From the NCBI GenBank assembly GCA_040514145.1, contig JBEVDF010000037.1, positions 1-45,111 of the forward strand: a DNA stretch of 45,111 nt, in the 5' to 3' direction. Both the position numbers and the translations under genes were made by a program. Shown here piece after piece: positions 7,921-18,680 of this stretch. The first letter of the stretch is position 1. Each line of letters opens with the position of its first letter. Source of the stretch: Aeromicrobium sp. (GTDB taxonomy: Bacteria > Actinomycetota > Actinomycetes > Propionibacteriales > Nocardioidaceae). The notes under the pieces were generated by a model. The model made no database searches. It saw only the letters and a program-made list of their open reading frames with translations, and was not told the origin of the DNA.

Positions 7921-10221
7921 ATGTCCTCCAAGACCAACTTCTGGCGCGGCCTCATCTGCCTCGTCGTGATCGTCGGCTCGATCGCGATCGCCTTCACCAT
8001 GAAGCCCAACCTGGGCCTCGACCTGCGCGGCGGCACGCAGCTCACGCTCGAGACCAAGTCCACCGACCGCGTCGAGGCCAACGCCGAGTCCACCGACCGC
8101 GCGCTCGAGGTGCTGCGTGGCCGTGTCGACGCCCTCGGTGTCTCCGAGCCCACGCTGGCGCGCTCGGGTGACAACCGGATCATCGTCGAGCTGCCGAACG
8201 TGCAGGACCCGAAGAAGGCCGCCGAGGTCATCGGCCAGACGGCCACCCTCGAGTTCCGCGAGGTCAAGGCGCCCGCGGACGAGAACACCAAGCCCGCCAA
8301 GGGCGAGGTCGTCCTCCCCGACGAGCAGGGCCAGAGAATCCTCCTCGGCCCGGTCGCCTTCGACGGCAACGGGATCAGCGACGCGAACGCCGCGCTGCCG
8401 CAGCAGGGCCTCGGCGAGTGGGTCGTCAATGTCGAGTTCAACAGCACCGGCCGCGGGCCCTGGCGCGACCTGGTGAACTCGGCGTGCGCCAACACCGCCG
8501 CCGGCAACCGGATCGCGATCATCCTCGACAACGAGGTCATCTCGTCGCCGGGCATCGTTCCCGAGCTGTGCCAGTCCGGTGGCGGCAGCTCGACCAGCAT
8601 CACCGGTGACTTCACCCAGTCCAGCGCCGAGGAGCTCGCCGCGCTGATCAAGGGCGGCGCCCTGCCGGTCCCCGTGGAGATCATCGACCAGCGCACGGTC
8701 GGCCCGACGCTCGGCCAGGCCGCCATCGACGACTCCATCCAGGCCTCGATCATCGGCCTGTTCCTCACCGGACTCTTCATCATCTTCATCTACCGCGCGA
8801 CCGGCGTCATGGCCACGATCGCGCTGTGCGTCTACGCACTCATCTCCTACGCCGCACTGGTGCTGCTGGGGGCCACGCTGACCCTGCCGGGCCTGGCGGG
8901 CTTCGTGCTCGCGATCGGCCTGGCGATCGACGCCAACGTGCTGGTCTACGAACGAGCGCGCGAGGAATATCACGAGAATCCGAAGTCCGGCCTGCTCTCG
9001 GCCCTGACCACCGGCTTCTCGAAGGCCTGGTCCGCGATCATCGACTCCAACGTCACGACGATCCTGGCCGCGCTGCTGCTGTTCTTCCTGTCGGCCGGTC
9101 CGGTCAAGGGCTTCGGCATCACCCTGACCATCGGCGTCATCGCCTCGATGTTCTCCGCCCTGGTCGTGGCCCGCTGGCTCACCGAGTGGCTGGTCAAGCG
9201 CGGCTGGGTCCGCTCGCACCCGCAGGTCAGCGGCATCGCCGGCATCTCCGGCGTGCGCCGCTGGTTGAACGAGCACGGTCCGTATCTCGTCCGCCGGGCG
9301 GGCATGTGGGTCGTCGTCTCCCTGGGCATCGCCATGGTCGCGATCGGCGGCATCGTGGTGCGCGAGCTCAACCTCGGTGTCGAGTTCGCCGGTGGCCGCC
9401 AGATCGAGTACTCGACCGCCGAGGAGGTCACCCCCGACCAGGCCCGTGAGGCCGTGGCCGACGCCGGTTTCCCCGAGGCGGTCGTGCAGTCCTCGTCCGG
9501 CGACGGCGGCGAGAACATCTCGGTGCGCCTGCCCAGGATCAACGAGGACCAGGCCGAGCAGGTGCGCGCCTCGATCGCCGAGGTCGGCGGCGAGACCGTC
9601 CAGGTCCGCTCCGACACGATCGACCCCACGCTGGGCAAGGAGCTGCGCGACAAGGCGATCCTGGCGTTCCTCATCGCGGTGGCCGCGCAGATGGCCTACC
9701 TGGCCTGGCGCTTCCGCTGGACGTGGGCCGGGGCCGCCATCGTGTCGATGGCCTCGGTGGTGCTCGCCGTCGTGGGCGTCTTCGCCTGGTGGGGCAAGCC
9801 GATCGACGGCGTGTTCCTCGCGGCCATCCTGTCCATCATCGGCCTGGCCGTGAACGACTCGATCGTCGTCCTCGACCGCATCCGAGAACGCACCCGAACG
9901 GCCGACATCCCCTTGCGGGAGATGGTCAACGAGGCGATCCTGTCGACCCTGCCACGAACGATCAACACCGCCATGGGTGCCACGTTCATCCTGGCCGCGC
10001 TGATGGTGCTGGGCGGCGACTCGCTGCGCGACTTCTCGATCGCGGTGCTGCTCGGCCTGCTGTTCGGCCACTTCTCCACCGTGTTCACGGCGGCCACGCT
10101 GGGCGTGCTGCTGGAGGAGCGCTGGCCGTACAACCCGGACAAGGATCCGCGTCACAAGGCCGATCCGTACTCGCACATCCTCGACGGGCGCGGCACGCCC
10201 GACGAGGGCGCGGTGGTCTGA
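7921..10221 (+). CDS. secDF: Fused protein translocase subunit SecDF
   Basis: 'LGLDLRGG', 'RVDALGVSEP', 'GALPVP', 'AIDANVLVYER', 'LGVEFAGG', 'VNDSIVVLDRIRE', 'TLPRTINT'; no yajC adjacent. Confidence 0.95.
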   Translation: MSSKTNFWRGLICLVVIVGSIAIAFTMKPNLGLDLRGGTQLTLETKSTDRVEANAESTDRALEVLRGRVDALGVSEPTLARSGDNRIIVELPNVQDPKKAAEVIGQTATLEFREVKAPADENTKPAKGEVVLPDEQGQRILLGPVAFDGNGISDANAALPQQGLGEWVVNVEFNSTGRGPWRDLVNSACANTAAGNRIAIILDNEVISSPGIVPELCQSGGGSSTSITGDFTQSSAEELAALIKGGALPVPVEIIDQRTVGPTLGQAAIDDSIQASIIGLFLTGLFIIFIYRATGVMATIALCVYALISYAALVLLGATLTLPGLAGFVLAIGLAIDANVLVYERAREEYHENPKSGLLSALTTGFSKAWSAIIDSNVTTILAALLLFFLSAGPVKGFGITLTIGVIASMFSALVVARWLTEWLVKRGWVRSHPQVSGIAGISGVRRWLNEHGPYLVRRAGMWVVVSLGIAMVAIGGIVVRELNLGVEFAGGRQIEYSTAEEVTPDQAREAVADAGFPEAVVQSSSGDGGENISVRLPRINEDQAEQVRASIAEVGGETVQVRSDTIDPTLGKELRDKAILAFLIAVAAQMAYLAWRFRWTWAGAAIVSMASVVLAVVGVFAWWGKPIDGVFLAAILSIIGLAVNDSIVVLDRIRERTRTADIPLREMVNEAILSTLPRTINTAMGATFILAALMVLGGDSLRDFSIAVLLGLLFGHFSTVFTAATLGVLLEERWPYNPDKDPRHKADPYSHILDGRGTPDEGAVV

Positions 10222-10241
10222 TCCGGCGGTAGCGTGCGGTC

Positions 10242-10658
10242 ATGACCAACCCGCCGGACGAGCCGTACCCCGATCCCGAGCAGGGAGCGGGCGACCACGA
10301 CCCGACGCTGCGGTTCGGCGGGCCCTCGGGCCCGCCGCCACCGCCGCCTCCGCCGCCTCCGCCACCGCCTCCCCCGCCGCCCCCGGCGGGGTGGGCGGTA
10401 CCGGGGGCGCCGTACGGCATCGACCCCAAGAGCGGCCTGCCGTTCTCGGACAAGTCGAAGATCGTGGCGGGCCTGCTGCAGATTCTGATCCCCCTGGGCA
10501 TCGGACGGTTCTACGCCGGCCACACGGGCATCGGGCTGGCCCAGCTGCTGGTCACGGTCTTCACGTGCGGCGTGGGCGCGATCTGGCCGTTCATCGACGG
10601 GATCGTCATGCTGGTGTCGGATCCGCGCGACGGCGACGGGCGCCCGCTCCGGTCCTGA
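10242..10658 (+). CDS. TM2 domain membrane protein with an N-terminal polyproline tract
   Basis: 'SDKSKIVAGLLQILIPLGIGRFYAGHTG' TM2 signature; 18 consecutive Pro. Confidence 0.88.
   Translation: MTNPPDEPYPDPEQGAGDHDPTLRFGGPSGPPPPPPPPPPPPPPPPPPAGWAVPGAPYGIDPKSGLPFSDKSKIVAGLLQILIPLGIGRFYAGHTGIGLAQLLVTVFTCGVGAIWPFIDGIVMLVSDPRDGDGRPLRS
10332..10385 (+). repeat. (CCN)18 polyproline-coding repeat
   Basis: 18 in-frame Pro codons mixing CCG/CCA/CCT/CCC. Confidence 0.9.
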
Positions 10659-10694
10659 TCGGGCGCGTCAGACCCGCGGTGCGATGATGGGGTC

Positions 10695-12064
10695 ATGGCC
10701 ATCGCGAACCACGTGGTCGACCTCATCGGCGACACACCCCTAGTCCGGCTGAACTCCGTCGTACCCGAAGGCGCGGCCACCGTCGTGGCCAAGCTCGAGT
10801 ACCTGAATCCCGGCGGCAGCGCGAAGGATCGCATCGCGGTCAAGATGGTCGACGAGGCCGAGGCCTCCGGAGCCCTCAAGCCCGGCGGCACGATCGTCGA
10901 GCCCACGTCGGGCAACACCGGCGTCGGCCTCGCGCTCGTCGCGCAGCAGCGCGGCTACTCGTGCATCTTCGTGTGCCCCGACAAGGTCAGCGAGGACAAG
11001 CGCAACACGCTGAAGGCGTACGGCGCCCAGGTCGTGGTGTGCCCCACCGCGGTCCCGCCGGACCACCCCGACTCCTACTACTCCGTCTCCGACCGGCTCG
11101 TGCGCGAGATCGACGGGGCCTGGAAGCCCGACCAGTACTCCAACCCCGCCGGTCCGGCCAGCCACTACGAGACCACGGGTCCGGAGATCTGGCGTGACAC
11201 CGAGGGTGCGGTCACCCACTTCGTCGCCGGTGTGGGCACCGGCGGCACGATCACCGGCGCCGGCCGCTTCCTCAAGGAGCAGAAGCCGGGCCTGAAGGTC
11301 ATCGGCGCCGATCCTGAGGGCTCGGTGTACTCCGGGGGCACCGGTCGCCCCTACCTGGTCGAGGGCGTCGGCGAGGACTTCTGGCCGTCGGCCTACGACC
11401 CGGCGATCCCCGACGAGATCATCGCCGTCTCCGACGCCGACTCCTTCGACATGACGCGCCGCCTCGCCCGCGAGGAGGCCCTGCTGGTGGGCGGCTCGTG
11501 CGGCATGGCCGTCGTGGCCGCCGTGCGCGTGGCCGAGCGCCTCGGTCCCGACGACCTCGTCGTGGTGCTGCTGCCCGACGGTGGCCGCGGCTACCTCTCC
11601 AAGATCTTCAACGACGACTGGATGGCCTCGTACGGCTTCCTGCGCACCCCGCTGGACGGCCACCCCGCCGATCTGCACGTCATCGACATCCTGCGCCGCA
11701 AGAGCGGGGCCATGCCCGCGCTCGTGCACACCCACCCGTCGGAGACGGTGCGCGACGCGATCGAGATCCTGCGCGAGTACAACGTCTCGCAGATGCCCGT
11801 CGTCGGTCCCGAGCCGCCGGTCGTCATCGGCGAGGTCGCCGGCAGCGTCAGCGAGCGCGCGCTCGTCAGCGCGGTCTTCGAGGGCCGTGCCCAGCTGACC
11901 GACGCCGTCGCCCAGCACATGGAGCCGCGCCTGCCGATCATCGGCTCGGGCGAGGACCTGGCCGCCGCCCTCGACGCGTTCAAGAGCAGCGATGCGCTGA
12001 TGGTGGTCGACGAGGGCAAGCCGCTGGGCGTCCTCACCCGCCACGACCTGTTGGGAGTCCACGT

Positions 12065-12068
<4 letters not shown>
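10695..12068 (+). CDS. cbs: Cystathionine beta-synthase (PLP fold II plus CBS domains)
   Basis: 'KLEYLNPGGSAKDR', 'EPTSGNTG', 'GVGTGGT'; C-terminal CBS pair. Confidence 0.95.
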
Positions 12069-13210
<1,142 letters not shown>

Positions 13211-13258
13211 CCGGTTCGAGCCACGGAGCGGTGGGTCCGCCTCGTTAGGCTCGAGATC

Positions 13259-13924
13259 ATGTCTCACAAAGGGTTCTTCACCGGCTTGTCCTGGCTGCAG
13301 TTGGTGGCCGGTGCGCTCGCGGCGATGACCTCTGCGTGGGTCGCGTCCTACATCGGCGTCGCGGGCACGGTCATCGGCGCGGCGGTGGGCAGCCTCGTGG
13401 CGTCCATCGCCAGTGCGCTCTACGTCAGGGGCCTCGACCGCGGCACCACGTTCATCACCGAGAGCGGCACGGTCGTGGCGCGGGCGCGTCCCGCCGGCGA
13501 GAGCGAGAGCGACGACGGCGAGATCCTGCTCACCGAGCACGAGTCCGCGATCGCGGTCGAGGAGTCCGAGCGGGCGTTCTCGTGGAAGCGCGTCCTCATC
13601 TGGGCCGGCCTGGCGCTCGGCGTGGCGCTGCTGACGATCGGCGCGTTCGAGTTGGCCACCGGCGCCTCCTTCGGCAACTCCGACAACCCCACGATCGGTC
13701 GCCCGTGGCAGGACCGCGGCAGTGGCGCCGAAGCCCCCGCAGAGTCCGAGCCGACGGAGTCGACGTCGCCCTCCGACGGGCCCAGCGACAGTCCGTCCAC
13801 GGCTCCGACGACGGCGCCCACGACCGCTCCGACCACCGAAGCACCCGACCCGCAGGCTCCCGCTCCCACGACCGTCCCCACGGTCGAGCCCACGCCCGAG
13901 GTCACGCCCGGCGCCCCGGAGTGA
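13259..13924 (+). CDS. Hypothetical membrane protein with a Pro/Thr-rich C-terminal tail
   Basis: Two N-terminal hydrophobic segments ('GVAGTVIGAAVGS'), a third TM, TTAP repeats; TAGGCT-N7-ATG. Confidence 0.7.
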   Translation: MSHKGFFTGLSWLQLVAGALAAMTSAWVASYIGVAGTVIGAAVGSLVASIASALYVRGLDRGTTFITESGTVVARARPAGESESDDGEILLTEHESAIAVEESERAFSWKRVLIWAGLALGVALLTIGAFELATGASFGNSDNPTIGRPWQDRGSGAEAPAESEPTESTSPSDGPSDSPSTAPTTAPTTAPTTEAPDPQAPAPTTVPTVEPTPEVTPGAPE

Positions 13925-13980
13925 CCCGGGAACATTCCGCCGCTCCGCGCCGTTGGAAGCGGTGACGAGAGGAGCGGAAC

Positions 13981-14385
13981 ATGACCATCTGGATGAAGCC
14001 GACGCTCAGCAACGAGAAGATCGAGGCGATGGAGCCGTTGGAGGCGTTCCGCTACGCCGAGGAGCTCCTGAACTCCCGTTTCCCCCGTGAGGCCGCCCGC
14101 GTGCTGCGACCCGTGGCCGAGCTCGAGCCGCGCAACGCCGCGGTGTGCGAGCTGCTGGGACGCGCCCACTTCGCCGCCGCCCACCTGGGCCTGGCCGAGG
14201 AGGCCTTCCGCACGCTCACCGAGCTCGAGCCGACCAGCGCCTGGGCCCACCAGGCGCTCGGCCTGGCGCTCGATCGCCAGAGCCGTCACCGCGAGGGCGC
14301 GGTGCACCACCGGCTCGCCGACGCCATGGGCGCCAGCGAGCGCGACGCCACGCGCGTGGAGCTGGTCGACCGCCCCGGCGCCTGA
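13981..14385 (+). CDS. Tetratricopeptide repeat protein
   Basis: TPR-like helical repeats ('ELLGRAHF..AEEAF..ELEP..AWAHQALGLAL'); AGGAG RBS upstream. Confidence 0.75.
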   Translation: MTIWMKPTLSNEKIEAMEPLEAFRYAEELLNSRFPREAARVLRPVAELEPRNAAVCELLGRAHFAAAHLGLAEEAFRTLTELEPTSAWAHQALGLALDRQSRHREGAVHHRLADAMGASERDATRVELVDRPGA

Positions 14386-14419
14386 CGTCGGACACGGCCC
14401 CGTCTGTGAGGATGGGGCC

Positions 14420-15619
14420 GTGTTCACCGTCGGAAGCACCCTGCCGGACGCCCCCGGAAGATCGGGCACCATCGAGACCCCGCACGGCTCGATCCGTACC
14501 CCCGCGTTCATCCCGGTGGGTACGAAGGCGACCGTGAAGGCCGTGCTCCCCGAGTCGATCTCCGACCTCGGCGGACAGGCCGTGCTGGCCAACGCCTACC
14601 ACCTGTACCTGCAGCCCGGCGCCGACATCGTCGAGGAGGCCGGCGGCCTCGGCGCCTTCATGAACTGGCCCGGCCCGACGTTCACCGACTCCGGCGGCTT
14701 CCAGGTGCTGAGCCTGGGCGCCGGCTTCAAGAAGACCCTCGCGATGGACGCCGTGGGCACCGAGGCCGACGACGTGATCGCCCCCGGCAAGGACCGCCTC
14801 GCCCACGTGGACGAGGACGGCGTCACGTTCAAGAGCCATCTGGACGGGTCGAAGCATCGGTTCACGCCCGAGGTGTCGATGGGGATCCAGCACCAGCTCG
14901 GCGCGGACATCATCTTCGCGTTCGACGAGCTGACCACCTTGATGAACAGCCGTGAGTACCAGGAGGACTCCCTGCGTCGCACGCAGGCGTGGGCACAGCG
15001 ATGCCTCGCCGAGATCGAGCGGCTGCGGCGGGCCCATCCCGACCGCCCGCGCCAGGCGCTCTACGGCGTGGTGCAGGGCGCCCAGTACGAGGACCTGCGC
15101 CGCAAGGCCGCGCGCGGCCTGGCCGACCTGCCGTTCGACGGCTACGGGGTCGGCGGCGCGATCGAGAAGGAGAACCTCGGCGCGATCGTCCGCTGGGTCA
15201 CCGAGGAGCTGCCCGAGGACCGTCCCCGGCACCTGCTGGGCATCGGCGAGCCCGAGGACCTGTTCGCCGGGGTCGAGGCCGGCTGCGACACCTTCGACTG
15301 CGTGACGCCCACCCGGGTCGCGCGGTCGTCGCGCGTGTACAGCGCCACCGGTCGCTACAACCTGATGGTCGCGGCCTCCCGCCGCGACTTCGGCCCGATC
15401 GAGGAGGGCTGCGACTGCTACACGTGCGCCCACTACACGAAGGCCTACCTGCACCACCTGTTCAAGGCCAACGAGTACAACGCCGCGACGCTCTGCTCGA
15501 TCCACAACGAGCGCTTCTTCGTGCGGCTCGTGGACTCGATGCGCACGGCGATCGAGGCGGGCGACTTCGCGGCCCTCAGGACCGAGTGGCTGGGCCGCTA
15601 CCTCGCGGGTCGCGGCTGA
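14420..15619 (+). CDS. tgt: tRNA-guanine(34) transglycosylase
   Basis: 'TPAFIPVGT', 'NAYHL', 'TDSGGFQ', 'HLLGIG', 'FDCVTPT', Zn motif CDCYTC...HN. Confidence 0.95.
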   Translation: MFTVGSTLPDAPGRSGTIETPHGSIRTPAFIPVGTKATVKAVLPESISDLGGQAVLANAYHLYLQPGADIVEEAGGLGAFMNWPGPTFTDSGGFQVLSLGAGFKKTLAMDAVGTEADDVIAPGKDRLAHVDEDGVTFKSHLDGSKHRFTPEVSMGIQHQLGADIIFAFDELTTLMNSREYQEDSLRRTQAWAQRCLAEIERLRRAHPDRPRQALYGVVQGAQYEDLRRKAARGLADLPFDGYGVGGAIEKENLGAIVRWVTEELPEDRPRHLLGIGEPEDLFAGVEAGCDTFDCVTPTRVARSSRVYSATGRYNLMVAASRRDFGPIEEGCDCYTCAHYTKAYLHHLFKANEYNAATLCSIHNERFFVRLVDSMRTAIEAGDFAALRTEWLGRYLAGRG

Positions 15620-15620
15620 G

Positions 15621-16352
15621 TCAGGCGGCCAGGTAGGTGGGCTCGCGCCGCTTGAGCCACGCGATGCCCCGCACGGTGATCGGCATCAGCAGCAGCTCGA
15701 CGCCGACCTTCAGCACCACGCCCATGACGAAGTAGTTCACGAAGGCGCCGAAGGTGGAGATGCCGATGGCCGACGCGGCGATCGCGCAGAAGATCAGCGT
15801 GTCGGCGACCTCGCCCACGCCGGTGGAGCCGATCAGGCGAGCCACGAGGCGGCGCTCGGCCGATCGCTGCTTCATCCGGACCAGGACCCACGAGTTGAGG
15901 AACTGGCCGACGACGTAGCCCGCCAGGCTGGCCAGCACGATCTGCGCGACCGGGCCCAGGACGGCCTCGTACGCCGCCTGGTTCTCGTACCAGGCGGCGC
16001 CCGGCAGCAGCTGGACGACGAAGAAGGTGCCCGTGGCCAGCGCGGCGGCGGCGAATCCGGTGAAGATCGCCCGTCGGGCGGCGCGCAGGCCGTAGACCTC
16101 GGAGATCACGTCGCCGAGCACGTAGGCCAGCGGGAACAGCACGACTCCCCCGTCGACCACGAGGGGCCACAGCTGCACGGGGCCGAGCATGACCTGGCCC
16201 GAGCCGATCTCGACCGCCTTGCTGGCGACGATGTTCGAGACGACGATCACGACGCAGAAGAGGGCGAGCAGGATGTCGTAGTGCGACGAGCCGCGGGAGG
16301 CGAACCGGACGACGTCGGGGCTCTGAGCAGAGGTGGTGGACACGACCGCCAT
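15621..16352 (-). CDS. yhhQ: Queuosine precursor transporter (YhhQ/VUT, DUF165)
   Basis: 'SNIVASK', 'FPLAYVLGDVISEVYG', 'ASLAGYVVGQFLN', 'STGVGEVADTLIF'; convergent with tgt; exact start uncertain. Confidence 0.88.
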   Translation of the reverse strand: MAVVSTTSAQSPDVVRFASRGSSHYDILLALFCVVIVVSNIVASKAVEIGSGQVMLGPVQLWPLVVDGGVVLFPLAYVLGDVISEVYGLRAARRAIFTGFAAAALATGTFFVVQLLPGAAWYENQAAYEAVLGPVAQIVLASLAGYVVGQFLNSWVLVRMKQRSAERRLVARLIGSTGVGEVADTLIFCAIAASAIGISTFGAFVNYFVMGVVLKVGVELLLMPITVRGIAWLKRREPTYLAA

Positions 16353-16407
16353 CCTCCCACGGCGTGCCCCGTGCCCTCACGCAGTGGCGCGGTGGGAGAA
16401 TCGTCAC

Positions 16408-17649
16408 ATGAGCCTGCCGACCACCACCGACGTCCTCGTCGTCGGCGCCGGGCCTGCCGGCTCCTCCGCCGCCGCGTGGACCTCGCGGCTCGGACTGGAC
16501 ACCGTGCTGGCGGACGCCGCCACCTTCCCGCGCGACAAGACCTGTGGTGACGGACTGACCCCTCGCGCGATCGCCGAGCTCGATCGGCTCGACCTCGGCG
16601 ACTGGGTCCGCGGCCACACGGTGAACCGCGGCCTGCGTGCGGCCGGGTTCGGCCAGGAGCTGCTGCTGCCGTGGCCCGGTGGGTCGTTGCCCGATCACGG
16701 CTCGGCCGTGCCTCGCACCGAGCTCGACGCCCGCATCCGCCAGCGCGCGCTGGACGCCGGAGCGACGGGACTCGACGGCGCTCGCGCGGTCGACGTCGAG
16801 CGGGCCGCCGACGGCTCGGTCACCGGCGTCGTCTTCGCCACGGAACAAGGGCGCCACACCATCGCGTGCCGGCGCCTCGTCATCGCCGACGGCGTCCGCT
16901 CCCCCCTCGGCCGGGTGCTCGGGCGCGAGTGGCATCGCGAGACCGCCTACGGGGTCGCGGGTCGCAGCTACGTGAAGTCCGGCCGCGGCGACGACCCGTG
17001 GATCTCCTCACACCTCGAGCTGCGCGGGGAGTCCGGTGAGCTGCTGCCCGGCTACGGGTGGATCTTCCCGCTCGGCGACGGTCGCGTGAACCTCGGCGTG
17101 GGCGCGCTGGCCACCGCGAAGCGGCCGGCCAAGATCCAGATCCGCCCGCTCATGGAGTACTACGCCACGTTGCGCCGCGAGGACTGGGACCTCGGTGCCG
17201 ACCTCGACCTGCCCACCTCGGCGCTGCTGCCGATGGGCGGTGCCGTGTCGGGGGTGTCCGGCCGGAACTGGATCGTCATCGGCGACGCCGCGGGGTGTGT
17301 GAACCCGCTCAACGGCGAGGGCATCGACTACGGCCTGGAGACCGGCCGCATCGGCGCCGAGCTCCTGGCCACGGGCGACTCCCCCGAGGCGGCCTGGCCC
17401 GCGATGCTGACGGCCCACTACGGCCCCGCCTTCTCGATCGCGCGCCGCCTGGCCGGCCTCATCACCGTGCCGCACCTGCTGCCCACGGCCGGGCCGATCG
17501 GGATGCGCTCGCACACGCTGATGACGATCGCGCTGCGCGTGATGGGCAACCTCGTCACCGACGAGGACCGTGACCTCACCGCCCGCGTCTGGCGCTGGGC
17601 GGGCCGCCGCTCGATCCGCCTCGACGAGCGCCCGCCCTTCTCCGCCTGA
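16408..17649 (+). CDS. menJ: Geranylgeranyl reductase family, probable menaquinone reductase
   Basis: GAGPAGS FAD motif, 'FPRDKTCGDGLTPRA', 'GYGWIFP', 'GDAAGCVNPLNGEGIDYG'; GAGAAT-N6-ATG. Confidence 0.75.
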   Translation: MSLPTTTDVLVVGAGPAGSSAAAWTSRLGLDTVLADAATFPRDKTCGDGLTPRAIAELDRLDLGDWVRGHTVNRGLRAAGFGQELLLPWPGGSLPDHGSAVPRTELDARIRQRALDAGATGLDGARAVDVERAADGSVTGVVFATEQGRHTIACRRLVIADGVRSPLGRVLGREWHRETAYGVAGRSYVKSGRGDDPWISSHLELRGESGELLPGYGWIFPLGDGRVNLGVGALATAKRPAKIQIRPLMEYYATLRREDWDLGADLDLPTSALLPMGGAVSGVSGRNWIVIGDAAGCVNPLNGEGIDYGLETGRIGAELLATGDSPEAAWPAMLTAHYGPAFSIARRLAGLITVPHLLPTAGPIGMRSHTLMTIALRVMGNLVTDEDRDLTARVWRWAGRRSIRLDERPPFSA

Positions 17650-17678
17650 GCGCACTCGCGCCATCGGCCACCTCGTCT

Positions 17679-17741
17679 CCACTTATGGAAACGGATCCAC
17701 GTCGGATCGGCCTCAGAACGTGCATCCCGTTCCGAAAGTGG
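17679..17741. repeat. Degenerate long inverted repeat (REP-like)
   Basis: CCACTTATGGAAACGGATCCACGT pairs imperfectly with ACGTGCATCCCGTTCCGAAAGTGG. Confidence 0.55.
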
Positions 17742-17764
17742 TGGGTGGAGGCCGGTAGCCTCGC

Positions 17765-18565
17765 ATGGTGCTGAGGATCTCGACCGTCAACGTCAATGGC
17801 ATCCGCGCCGCCTGGCGCAAGGGGATGAAGGAGTGGCTCGAGAGCCGCGACGCCGACATCATCACGCTGCAGGAGGTGCGCGCACCCGACGCGATCGTGC
17901 ACGAGATCCTCGAGGGCACCGGCTACCACGTGGTGCACACCGAGGCCGCCGCCAAGGGGCGCTCGGGCGTCGCGGTGATCAGCCGCCTCGAGCCCACCAG
18001 CCACCGCATCGGCAACGGCGACGCGTTCTTCGACGACTCCGGGCGGTGGATCGAGTCCGACCTCACGCTGCCCGACGGCTCGGTGCTCACCGTCGTCAGC
18101 GTCTACGTGCACTCCGGCGAGGCCGGCACGCCCCGCCAGGAGGAGAAGTACCGCTTCCTCGACCAGATGACCAAGCGCATGGCCGAGCTCGGCGGCATGG
18201 ACGGCCACGCCCTCATCACCGGCGACCTCAACGTCGGCCACACCGAGCTCGACATCCGCAACTGGAAGGGCAACGTCAAGAAGGCCGGCTTCCTGCCCGA
18301 GGAGCGCGCCTACTTCGACCAGTTCTTCGGCGACCTCGGCTGGTACGACGTGCACCGCCACCTGGCCGGGCCGGTCGACGGGCCGTACACGTGGTGGTCC
18401 ATGCGCGGCCAGGCGTTCGACAACGACACCGGCTGGCGCATCGACTACCAGATCGCGACGCCCGAATTGGCACAGTCCGCCCGCGTGGCCACCGTCGACC
18501 GTGCCGCCAGCTGGGGCGAGCGCTGGTCCGACCACGCGCCGCTGACCATCGACTACGACCTCTGA
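17765..18565 (+). CDS. xthA: Exodeoxyribonuclease III (AP endonuclease)
   Basis: 'NVNGIRA', 'LQEVR', 'GDLNVGH', 'YTWWS', 'GWRIDY', 'SDHAP'; the start may be GTG 17768. Confidence 0.93.
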   Translation: MVLRISTVNVNGIRAAWRKGMKEWLESRDADIITLQEVRAPDAIVHEILEGTGYHVVHTEAAAKGRSGVAVISRLEPTSHRIGNGDAFFDDSGRWIESDLTLPDGSVLTVVSVYVHSGEAGTPRQEEKYRFLDQMTKRMAELGGMDGHALITGDLNVGHTELDIRNWKGNVKKAGFLPEERAYFDQFFGDLGWYDVHRHLAGPVDGPYTWWSMRGQAFDNDTGWRIDYQIATPELAQSARVATVDRAASWGERWSDHAPLTIDYDL

Positions 18566-18585
18566 TCCGACGGGACCTGCCCCCG

Positions 18586-18680
18586 CCCACAGGTGCGGGG
18601 GACGCGCCGTCCCCCCGGATGCACGCCCCCCGCTCGGCCCGACGGCTTCGCCACGGGCACCACCCTGTGGGGTTGGTTCT
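18586..18680 (-). ncRNA. Candidate small RNA divergent from cspA
   Basis: TATAGT on the minus strand (18691-18686); closing stem CCCACAGG/CCUGUGGG with two internal hairpins. Confidence 0.35.

Noticed and set aside
13798-13900. Short tandem repeats as a CRISPR or VNTR
   Set aside because: They are in-frame TTAP/PT linker codons with no repeat-spacer structure and no cas genes.
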